Source of the DNA: an uncultured Bacteroidales bacterium
GTDB taxonomy: Bacteria > Bacteroidota > Bacteroidia > Bacteroidales > Paludibacteraceae
DNA length: 64,000 nucleotides
NCBI GenBank assembly: GCA_902774185.1
Contig: CACYHE010000003.1
Span: 11,997-75,996 of the forward strand
Direction of reading: 5' to 3'
Shown: positions 46,880-54,890 of the stretch, one piece after another
Position numbering within the stretch: the first letter of the stretch is position 1
Layout of the letters: every line of letters starts with the position of its first letter
The notes under the pieces: model-generated
Told to the model about the DNA's origin: nothing
What the model saw: only the letters and a program-made list of their open reading frames with translations
Database searches by the model: none
Position numbers and translations under genes: made by a program

Positions 46880-49861
46880 ATGGAACAGGATCAGAAACAT
46901 TATTATGCGTTTATCTCCTACAAACGTGAGGATAAGAAAGAGGCGAAAAAATTGCAGCACACATTGGAGTATTATAGGCTCCCCAATAAGTTGCGGCAAG
47001 AGAATCCGGAGTTGCCGGAATATGTTCGTCCGGTTTTCCGTGATTTGACGGATCTGGAAGTGGGAGAACTGCCTGAACAAATTCATAAAGCGCTTAACCA
47101 ATCGCATTTCTTGATTGTTGTTTGTTCCCCTCGTGCCGCCAAGTCCCAATGGGTGAATGATGAGATAGAGTATTTTATTTCATTGGGCAAGCAAGAAAAG
47201 ATCATTCCTTATATTATTGAAGGTGTTCCCCATGCGGATGATCCGGATGAAGAATGTTATCCTCCGGCATTGTTGTCTCTCTCTAAGGAAAAAGAATTGC
47301 TTGGCGCGAATATTAACGAAGTGGGCAAAGATTCTGCTGCTATCCGTGTGGTATCGCGTATGTTCAATATCCGTTTCGATACGCTGTACCAACGCTACCG
47401 AAGGGAGAAACGAAAAAATAGAATCATTAGATATTCAACGGTTGCCGTCTTTGTTTTATGCCTGCTCTCGTTCTTATTGTATGTCCTTCATGCCAATAAT
47501 CGGTTAAGAGAAGAGAATTATAAAACATGGGTGAGCCAATCTAAATTTATTATTGAAAAGGCTAACTCATTGATGGACGATGGCGACATGTATCTGGCGT
47601 CTCGATTGCTGTTAAGTATAACACCGAAGGGTAATTCTACGAACCGACCGATTATGCCAGAGTTGGCATGTGCCTTGCGTAAAGTAGAGGATTATTTGTC
47701 GCATGAAAAAGAATCTCCGGTTTCTACTATCGGCCCAGGTCTCGGGGAACTGGAAAGAACCGATTATGGGCTGAAAGTATCTCTTTGTCCTAAGGAAGAT
47801 AAAGTTATAATATATGGGACGTATAGCAATATAATACGGGTATATTCGACCATTAATGGAAAATTATTATATTCTTTAAAGAATCCACATAGTGAGGGCA
47901 TCTATACTTGTGTTTATAATACGGATGGAGATATTCTCGCTACTGCATCTTCAAAGGATGGTATGGCTGTTCTTTGGGACTTGAATACAGGAGAAGAACT
48001 CTATCGTTTAGAGAGCCACGAAAATGCAATAAGGGATATTGTTTTCAGTCCGGATGGGAAATATATAATAACTACAGCAGACGCGAAGTGTTATCTGTGG
48101 AATATCTCGGGACAACTATTAGATACCATAACTGCAAAAAGTCGTATAGTAAAAACAAGACTTAGCAGACGTAGTGACTATATCTCTCTGGCTTGTATTG
48201 GAAGAGTTCAACTCGTTCAAATAGTAGATGATAAATTGCAATTGGTGGCTGATTTTGTACACGATGAAAGGGACTGGGCGGTATATATGGGAAGTATCAG
48301 CGATGACTCTAAATATCTTGCAACATGTTCCGATGATCAGGAAGTAAAGATATGGGATATTAAAACAGCAAAATATCTATATACTTATTCGTCTTCGTCC
48401 GGTTATTTGCGAGATGTTGCGTTTTTGGATGATACGCGTGTGTTGGTTTCTTGTTGCGATGGTTCTGTCGAAATAAGGAATGTCGTGAAGAACGAACGGG
48501 AAGTATATTATACGTCAGCATGGATTATACACACATCATCGGGCGATGCAATTATTGGCAGAGAGATGGAAAATGGTACGACCATTATTAACTATAAATT
48601 AGGAAATGTGCAATTTCTCAAAGATACCAACGAGCAATTACATGCTATAGATGTGAATTATTACACGGGAAAAGCTGTCACTGTAGCATCGGATGGAAAG
48701 GTCAGACTGTATGACTTGTTTGATTGTCTTACGGAAAAGTCAAGAGTGTTAACTGAAGTGGGAGGCTATTATGTATATTTCAATATTCATTCTTTATGCC
48801 AAAATAAAAATGGAAATTTATTATTGGCTGCATATAGAGATAGCGTAGCATCTTTAATAGACTATTGCAGTGGTGAAAATTTACTAATATGTAAAGGACA
48901 TGAGCAGGAGTTGTATTCTGCCAATTTTAATACGCATGAAAATCACATTGTAACAACTTCCTATGATGGCACAGCGCGCGTCTGGGATGTCGAGCAACTT
49001 AAATCCCCTGTCGTATTACATCATGAAGAACCTCTGTATTATGCCGAATTTATCGACAATGATCAAAAAATCCTCTCGTTTTGTAGATCAGATATATATG
49101 TATGGAATGCACATAATGGTAGTTTGCTACAAAGATTAAAAGGAGAGGAGCCTCCTATAAAGAATGATCCAGCAGATATATTCAGCGAATACATTCATGA
49201 TGTTAGTGCCGTAATATTCGATTCTGTTAGATCGTGCATATGGGCTGCTTATCGTGATGGTATTATTAGAATCTGGGATTATAATAACGAAATGGTAATA
49301 AAAGAGATAAAAGCACACCAAGATCCGACTTCAATCAAGTTGACAGATGATTATCTAATATCTTTTGCCGATGAAATTAAGGTTTGGAATGCCAATACCG
49401 GTGAACTTATTTCCGTATTAGACGGTCATGATTATACCATCGGAGACCTCTTAATTCTTCCGAATAGTCCATATCTGTATTCTTCTTCGATGGATGGCAA
49501 ATTATTAAAATGGAATTACAAAACAGGAGAACTAATCAAATGTATCAAAGAGGATAACTCGTGTGGTATAGATAATCTCAGTTTCAAAGACGGGTATTTG
49601 TTGGCGGTATCCGAAGATAATCATATATATGTATTTGATGTGCGGGATGATTCACAGATTTGTGATTATGCTGTGCCGGAGAAAATATACGGAGATGTCC
49701 AGTTTAGCAACTATGATGGTAATATAATTGTCCCGATTACGAGTGGCAAGATCCTGTTATATGACTTCAGTGATATTCGTCAAGTTGTGCTCGACCTGAA
49801 AAACAGGTTGGGGGATTATACTCTCACTCCCGAAGAACGCAGAAAATATTATCTGGAATAA
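46880..49861 (+). CDS. TIR domain - single TM - WD40 repeat protein
   Basis: TIR_2-like N-terminus YYAFISYKREDKKEAKKL...FLIVVCSPRAAKSQWVNDEIEYF. RYRREKRKNRIIR followed by the TM YSTVAVFVLCLLSFLLYVL. Many WD40 units follow (for example LATASSKDGMAVLWDLNTGEE, IVTTSYDGTARVWDV). Confidence 0.8.
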   Translation: MEQDQKHYYAFISYKREDKKEAKKLQHTLEYYRLPNKLRQENPELPEYVRPVFRDLTDLEVGELPEQIHKALNQSHFLIVVCSPRAAKSQWVNDEIEYFISLGKQEKIIPYIIEGVPHADDPDEECYPPALLSLSKEKELLGANINEVGKDSAAIRVVSRMFNIRFDTLYQRYRREKRKNRIIRYSTVAVFVLCLLSFLLYVLHANNRLREENYKTWVSQSKFIIEKANSLMDDGDMYLASRLLLSITPKGNSTNRPIMPELACALRKVEDYLSHEKESPVSTIGPGLGELERTDYGLKVSLCPKEDKVIIYGTYSNIIRVYSTINGKLLYSLKNPHSEGIYTCVYNTDGDILATASSKDGMAVLWDLNTGEELYRLESHENAIRDIVFSPDGKYIITTADAKCYLWNISGQLLDTITAKSRIVKTRLSRRSDYISLACIGRVQLVQIVDDKLQLVADFVHDERDWAVYMGSISDDSKYLATCSDDQEVKIWDIKTAKYLYTYSSSSGYLRDVAFLDDTRVLVSCCDGSVEIRNVVKNEREVYYTSAWIIHTSSGDAIIGREMENGTTIINYKLGNVQFLKDTNEQLHAIDVNYYTGKAVTVASDGKVRLYDLFDCLTEKSRVLTEVGGYYVYFNIHSLCQNKNGNLLLAAYRDSVASLIDYCSGENLLICKGHEQELYSANFNTHENHIVTTSYDGTARVWDVEQLKSPVVLHHEEPLYYAEFIDNDQKILSFCRSDIYVWNAHNGSLLQRLKGEEPPIKNDPADIFSEYIHDVSAVIFDSVRSCIWAAYRDGIIRIWDYNNEMVIKEIKAHQDPTSIKLTDDYLISFADEIKVWNANTGELISVLDGHDYTIGDLLILPNSPYLYSSSMDGKLLKWNYKTGELIKCIKEDNSCGIDNLSFKDGYLLAVSEDNHIYVFDVRDDSQICDYAVPEKIYGDVQFSNYDGNIIVPITSGKILLYDFSDIRQVVLDLKNRLGDYTLTPEERRKYYLE

Positions 49862-49915
49862 AGGATGCAATAATTTAGACACATTTCAAAAAAAAGCAGT
49901 ACCTTTGCAGCCGAA

Positions 49916-50035
49916 ATGAAAAATTGCATAAATCATTTCAAAATGGATAGCACACAAAAGAACATTAAAGCAAGGATTGTAAAGGGCGGAAGAGGTCGTT
50001 GTATCTTCTCGCAAGACTTTGCGGCGTGCGGCTAA
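49916..50035 (+). pseudogene. Truncated 5' copy of abiEi (39 codons) with its own promoter copy
   Basis: 49878-50022 is near-identical to 54221-54365 (promoter plus MKNCINHFKMDSTQKNIKAR...GRGRCIFSQDF). The reading frame then diverges and stops at 50033-50035. Confidence 0.8.
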
Positions 50036-50036
50036 T

Positions 50037-50263
50037 TTTCAGGGCTCAATTTAAAGAAATCACAGGCTATACCCCGAATCCGGATTTCATATAATGTATG
50101 TCCGTTCCTCCGGATTCTATCCGGATACCTTCGTTAAGTGCGCGCGTTGACAAACGCGCGTTCTTTCTTCGTTCATTAGTCCCGAATCTGATTCGGGTTC
50201 AAAACATCGTTCATTAGGTTGGATGCCATCCAACAAAGGGACATGATGTAAATCTTACGCTCA
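50037..50263 (+). repeat. Copy 1 of a ~230-bp repeat (3' tail of a gene remnant plus three stem-loops)
   Basis: It matches 52881-53110 except for one substitution and a 3-nt indel. Hairpins lie at 50141-50160, 50181-50197 and 50218-50234. Confidence 0.9.
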
Positions 50264-50375
50264 TTTTCTGCCGAAATGCACCGAAAACATATATTTTTTG
50301 CAAAAAAACAATAATATTTTTGCACAAATGAAAACTTTTTTGTAATTTTGCAAACATAATTTGAAACCGGAAAAC

Positions 50376-51755
50376 ATGATGAAGCGAACAAGTGCTGTAA
50401 TACTATTATTGATTTGTGTATGTTTTGCTTATGCAGTAGAACAAAAGGTACAAATCAATGGCGTATATTTCATACTCAATGAAGAATTTCAAACGGCAGA
50501 AGTGACGTTTAAGGGGAATTTCTACTATGAGTTTGATGAGTATCAGGGTGATGTGGTTGTCCCGTCGAGAGTCGTTTATAACAATACGGCATATCGGGTC
50601 ATCGGCCTCAGTCCTGCGGCATTTGCCAATTGTAAATCGCTCAAAAGTGTGCACTTGCCGAATACCATTCGGATGATCAGTAGGGAGTGCTTTAAGAATT
50701 GTAGCGCATTGCAGTCCGTGGTGTTACCGGAAAAGTTAGAGGTCATTCGTACGGAAGCATTTGCTAATTGTCGTCGATTAACAACAATCAATTTTCCATC
50801 CTCTATCACTACGATCTGTGATAAGGCCTTTATGGGATGTAAGCAATTATGCAAAGTGTACACCCTTGCTCCGCAAATCAGTACATGCGCCTTTGATGCT
50901 ACATGCACGGTGTATAATCAAGCATTGCCGACCCAACTTGTTCCTGAACCGGAAGATAGAGTGCCGGCTATCATCAGTGATGTAGATACCAATATTCCCC
51001 AAACGGGCAAGCATAATGAAACAACACTGGTTGTTATTATCGCGAACGAGCATTATCAAGAAGTAGCCTCTGTGCCCTATGCTATTCATGACGGAGAAAT
51101 TTTCTATGAATATTGTATCAATACCTTGGGCATCCCTGCAGAACATATCCGCTTTACGAAAGATGCAACACGTAATAACATGCGCCGCCAACTAAATTGG
51201 TTGTCAGCAGCGGTTTCTGCTTTCAATGGTGAGGCTAAAGTGATTTTCTATTATGCCGGTCACGGTATTCCAAATGAATCAACGAAGAAAGGATATCTGC
51301 TTCCTTCGGATGGCTTTGGCGATGATATCAATTCGGCCTATGCATTAGATGATATCTATGCCACTCTGGCAGCCATGCCGACCAAAAGTGTGACTGTTTT
51401 TCTGGATGCTTGTTTCAGCGGTTCTAATCGCAACGGCGAGATGGTAGTAAATACACGTGGCGTAGCCCTTTCTGTTAAAAAGAATGTGCTGAGCGGTAAT
51501 CTGGTTGTTTTCTCGGCAACGGCGGATGACCAAACAGCCTATCCGATTAATAATGAAGGACACGGTATGTTTACCTATTATCTGCTCAAAAAACTGCAAG
51601 AGACCAAAGGGGATGCATCTATGGGAGAGATAGTTGAATATGTACAAAATAGCGTCAATAAACGAAGTATTTTGGTTAATAGCAAAAGCCAAACCCCTTC
51701 GATTAATGTTTCACCGGCAATCGGCAATGATTGGAAAAAAATAGTATTGAAATAA
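50376..51755 (+). CDS. Secreted LRR_5 (BspA-type) - caspase-like (Peptidase_C14) fusion protein, paralog 1
   Basis: Signal peptide MMKRTSAVILLLICVCFAYA. LRR_5 units (AFANCKSLKSVHLPNTIRMI, CFKNCSALQSVVLPEKLEVI). Caspase dyad contexts VIFYYAGHGIP and VFLDACFSGS. -7 box TAATTTTG at 50343-50350. Confidence 0.8.
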   Translation: MMKRTSAVILLLICVCFAYAVEQKVQINGVYFILNEEFQTAEVTFKGNFYYEFDEYQGDVVVPSRVVYNNTAYRVIGLSPAAFANCKSLKSVHLPNTIRMISRECFKNCSALQSVVLPEKLEVIRTEAFANCRRLTTINFPSSITTICDKAFMGCKQLCKVYTLAPQISTCAFDATCTVYNQALPTQLVPEPEDRVPAIISDVDTNIPQTGKHNETTLVVIIANEHYQEVASVPYAIHDGEIFYEYCINTLGIPAEHIRFTKDATRNNMRRQLNWLSAAVSAFNGEAKVIFYYAGHGIPNESTKKGYLLPSDGFGDDINSAYALDDIYATLAAMPTKSVTVFLDACFSGSNRNGEMVVNTRGVALSVKKNVLSGNLVVFSATADDQTAYPINNEGHGMFTYYLLKKLQETKGDASMGEIVEYVQNSVNKRSILVNSKSQTPSINVSPAIGNDWKKIVLK

Positions 51756-52609
51756 TGAAAATAAAGGTTTTACTTATAGCATGTTTTGTCTCCTGTTCTC
51801 TGATTGCTCGGGGACAGGATGATGTTTCCGGCAAGGCACAAAAGATGGCAGCAGACCTGGCTTCGAAAGGTTGGAAGACACATGCCGGAGACCCTTCTTT
51901 ATATGAACAAGTGTTTGAAGCATGCGCTTTTGACGCATGGAACGAATCGGACGATCCGATGAATACCACCTATGTTGGTGTGGGACCGGATGAAGAGTTT
52001 TGTGTCCTGCAGATGTTGAATACCTATGCGAAACGCGATATCCAGGATTGGTATCCGGAATTTGAAAACGCTGTAAGGAATTATCATCCCGGGTTGCAAA
52101 GTATACAGATTGCAGGTAAACTCATCTATCCCGAAGCGGAATATGAGATTTATTATACCGAGTATTGTGAAAATGGCGTCATTGTTGAAATGGATAAGAA
52201 AACTCTAAAAGAGGAATATAAATCGAGTCCGATGGCTTTTCGGCAGTCCTTACAATCTTTTATTCACCCGATCGCCAAGTTCTATCGCAATGCGAACGGT
52301 CACAGGGAAGAAATGGTCATCGCTACTTTTACGGATGAGTTCTTGGCCAATCGTCGTGTACCTGTTCCTGTTTTTGACGGGTATAAGATTATTGAGTCTG
52401 ACGAACAACCGGATGATGACCTGAATCTTGTTGCGGAAGTCAAGAAAGAGACCAACCTTCATTACAGAGTAGCTAGTCGTGAAACAACAGCAATCTCTCG
52501 AATGACGGGTAAAGATCCGGAATATACCTCTCTTGTCTATTATACGGGAATTCTAAAAGAAAGCCGTGTTGCCATCCTTGCCGATGCAGCATTCCTGCTG
52601 GAAGAATAA
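51755..52609 (+). CDS. Exported protein of unknown function coupled to LRR-caspase 1
   Basis: TAATG junction and signal peptide MKIKVLLIACFVSCSLIARGQ. Confidence 0.55.
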   Translation: MKIKVLLIACFVSCSLIARGQDDVSGKAQKMAADLASKGWKTHAGDPSLYEQVFEACAFDAWNESDDPMNTTYVGVGPDEEFCVLQMLNTYAKRDIQDWYPEFENAVRNYHPGLQSIQIAGKLIYPEAEYEIYYTEYCENGVIVEMDKKTLKEEYKSSPMAFRQSLQSFIHPIAKFYRNANGHREEMVIATFTDEFLANRRVPVPVFDGYKIIESDEQPDDDLNLVAEVKKETNLHYRVASRETTAISRMTGKDPEYTSLVYYTGILKESRVAILADAAFLLEE

Positions 52610-52701
52610 AACGGGAGAGTATCATATTTAACGATTGCTTTTATGAAAAAACTAATAAGAAACTCACATTTTTATTGCGCGCGAATCAATAGTATGCATA
52701 A

Positions 52702-52938
52702 ATAGTTACTATTGATCAATGGAAAGAAGATTTCTTAGCTCACATAGGTTCGCACGATTACTCCCTCAACCAAATCCAAGGAGCGGACATCGGTCAGTTC
52801 TGTTTGAAAGGCGAGAAATTCAATATCTATGGCCTGCCGTTCTTCAATAGAGACCCCAATGTGCCAAAGAAAATCGAAAATTTCAGGGCTCAATTTAAAG
52901 AAATCACAGGCTATACCCCGAATCAGGATTTCATATAA
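52702..52938 (+). pseudogene. 3' remnant of an unidentified gene (open frame without usable start)
   Basis: The frame is open from the stop at 52699-52701 and encodes ...IDQWKEDFLAHIGSHDYSL...ENFRAQFKEITGYTPNQDFI then stop. No ATG/GTG/TTG lies near its 5' end. The last 19 codons are also present in copy 1 (50037-50094). Confidence 0.5.
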
Positions 52939-53110
52939 TGTATGTCCGTTCCTCCGGATTCTATCCGGATACCTTCGTTAAGTGCGCGCGTTGACAAACG
53001 CGCGTTCTTTCTTCTTCGTTCATTAGTCCCGAATCTGATTCGGGTTCAAAACATCGTTCATTAGGTTGGATGCCATCCAACAAAGGGACATGATGTAAAT
53101 CTTACGCTCA
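52881..53110 (+). repeat. Copy 2 of the ~230-bp repeat with three stem-loops
   Basis: Hairpins are cgcgcgtt-gaca-aacgcgcg (52985-53004), cccgaat-ctg-attcggg (53028-53044) and gttggatgccatccaac (53065-53081). Confidence 0.9.
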
Positions 53111-53224
53111 AATGACGTTCAGCGCATTTTTTTTCTTTTTTCTTGCATATATCAAAAAAAAGTAGTAATTTTGCAGCCGAAATGAAAGCATAGTGCTATC
53201 ATGATGCAATAAAAATGGATAATT

Positions 53225-53527
53225 ATGGCACAAGCAGCAATGACAATTCGTCTGGATAACCGGATCAAGACACAGTTCGACTCGCTATGCGAGCAGTTTG
53301 GTATGAGTGCCAACGCGGCAATCAATGTGTTTATCAATGCAGTGGTTCGTTCACGAGCAATCCCGTTCACCATCCGCGTGGATGAGGATCCCGTTCGTCA
53401 ACGTGCTTTGGATGCGTTTTATGCAACACCTCGTGACAATCGTCCGGAAATGACGCTGGATGAGATAAACGCAGAGATCAGTGCAGCACGCAAAGAACGT
53501 AGAGAACGTCAAAAAGCACGAGTATGA
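53225..53527 (+). CDS. relB: RelB/DinJ-family antitoxin
   Basis: RHH-type N-terminus MTIRLDNRIKTQFDSLCEQFGMSANAAINVFINAVV. Promoter -7 box TAATTTTG at 53166-53173. Confidence 0.8.
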   Translation: MAQAAMTIRLDNRIKTQFDSLCEQFGMSANAAINVFINAVVRSRAIPFTIRVDEDPVRQRALDAFYATPRDNRPEMTLDEINAEISAARKERRERQKARV

Positions 53528-53925
53528 TTTACGCAGTAATAGACACCAACGTTTTTGTGTCCGCGTATCTTACGCATAATTTGGCTTCCTCTACATCCAA
53601 AGTGGTGGACGCTTTGTTCCGCGGCAGGATATGTCCGTTGTACAGCGAAGAGATAATGGCTGAGTACGAGGAGGTGTTGTCGCGTCCGCATTTTCGGATA
53701 GGTAGCGGGCAGCTGGAGACATTGTTGGCCTACATCCGGAAGTATGGTGTGGCAACAGAACGGACGCCCTTTGAGGAGTTGTTCGTGGATGAGGATGATC
53801 GAGTTTTCTATGAAGTGGCGCTGAAGGAAGAGGATTCGTTCTTGGTGACGGGAAACTTGAAGCATTATCCGGTGGATCCGCGTGTGGTGACTCCTGCGCA
53901 GATGGTAGCGATACTGGAACAATAG
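53524..53925 (+). CDS. PIN-domain toxin
   Basis: ATGA overlap with the antitoxin gene. MIYAVIDTNVFVSA, DEDDRVFYEVA and LVTGNLKHY fit the PIN acidic residue pattern. Confidence 0.8.
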   Translation: MIYAVIDTNVFVSAYLTHNLASSTSKVVDALFRGRICPLYSEEIMAEYEEVLSRPHFRIGSGQLETLLAYIRKYGVATERTPFEELFVDEDDRVFYEVALKEEDSFLVTGNLKHYPVDPRVVTPAQMVAILEQ

Positions 53926-54175
53926 CCAATTTTTTAATTCATTAACTCTATGAAACATTGTATCAATCCGGCATGTGATGCCGAACTGGAAGAAAGCCGG
54001 ATTCTGGGTTATCGTTGGAGCATCGCTTATCAGCAGTCTGATGACTTCATTGGTAATGCGCACTTTCCCAACAGGAATATTCAGCCTAATCATCTTATGG
54101 GCTATCCTGCAAATCAAGAAAGACGGCATATCCTGTTGGAGTGCATTGAGGTAGATCAATAATACCCTTGATTAA

Positions 54176-54207
54176 AATGCGTTTTCACCCGAAGACGCAT
54201 TTTTTTT
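54176..54207 (+). terminator. Rho-independent terminator (copy 1 of a 38-bp direct repeat)
   Basis: aatgcgttttc-accc-gaagacgcatt forms an 11-bp stem (one G:U) followed by a T-run. The same 38 bp recur at 55931-55968. Confidence 0.8.
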
Positions 54208-54257
54208 GTGCCAAAATTTGCACATTTCAAAAAAAAGCAGTAATTTTGCAGCGTGAA

Positions 54258-54890
54258 ATGAAAAATTGCATAAATCATTTCAAAATGGATAGCACACAAA
54301 AGAACATTAAAGCAAGAATTATCAAGACCGGAAGAGGTCGTTGTATCTTCTCTCAAGATTTTGCTCAATTCGGAACACAGAATGCGGTGCGGTTAGCTTT
54401 CTTCCGTCTTGTGCAAGACGGTCTTATCATTCGTGTAGCGCAGGGAATATACTGGTATCCGAAGATTGACAAAGAGTTAGGACTGGGTGTCCTGCTGCCG
54501 GATACGGATACGATTGCTTATGCCGTTGCGGTGCGTGACAATGCACATATAGTTCCTGATGCCAACGCTGCGCTGAACATGCTTGGTTTCTCGACGCAAG
54601 TACCAGCTAATACCATTTATCTGACCAGCGGTGTCGGACGACGGATTAACTTGCAGATTGGCAAGGGAAACAGTATCCTCTTCAAGCACACGTCTAACGG
54701 CAGCCTTTTTGCCTACAAATCTAAATTGATGCTGCTCCTGGTGCTCTCTATCCGCGAGATAGGACCAAATCTGCGCGACGAAGAAAAAGACCTTATCCGC
54801 AAGCACCTCAGCCACATCAGCGAGAAAGATTACAAACATGACATCCAATTCGTACCCGGATGGATACGAGACATATTTATCAAACTATGA
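54258..54890 (+). CDS. abiEi: AbiEi-family antitoxin/transcriptional regulator
   Basis: wHTH-like N-terminus GRGRCIFSQDFAQFGTQNAVRLAFFRLVQDGLIIRVAQGIYWYP. -7 box TAATTTTG at 54241-54248. ATGA overlap with the downstream toxin gene. Confidence 0.8.
   Translation: MKNCINHFKMDSTQKNIKARIIKTGRGRCIFSQDFAQFGTQNAVRLAFFRLVQDGLIIRVAQGIYWYPKIDKELGLGVLLPDTDTIAYAVAVRDNAHIVPDANAALNMLGFSTQVPANTIYLTSGVGRRINLQIGKGNSILFKHTSNGSLFAYKSKLMLLLVLSIREIGPNLRDEEKDLIRKHLSHISEKDYKHDIQFVPGWIRDIFIKL

Noticed and set aside
53509-54159. 216-aa minus-strand ORF overlapping the PIN gene and the spacer
   Set aside because: The + strand RelB/PIN pair has clear motifs, ATGA coupling and a promoter. The antisense product looks like noise.
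53950-54162. 70-aa + strand ORF (MKHCINPACDAELEE...) between the PIN gene and the abiEi terminator copy
   Set aside because: It has no promoter box and no recognisable motif, and only a weak resemblance to the MKNCINHF start of abiEi. I left it uncalled. It could be a decayed fragment.
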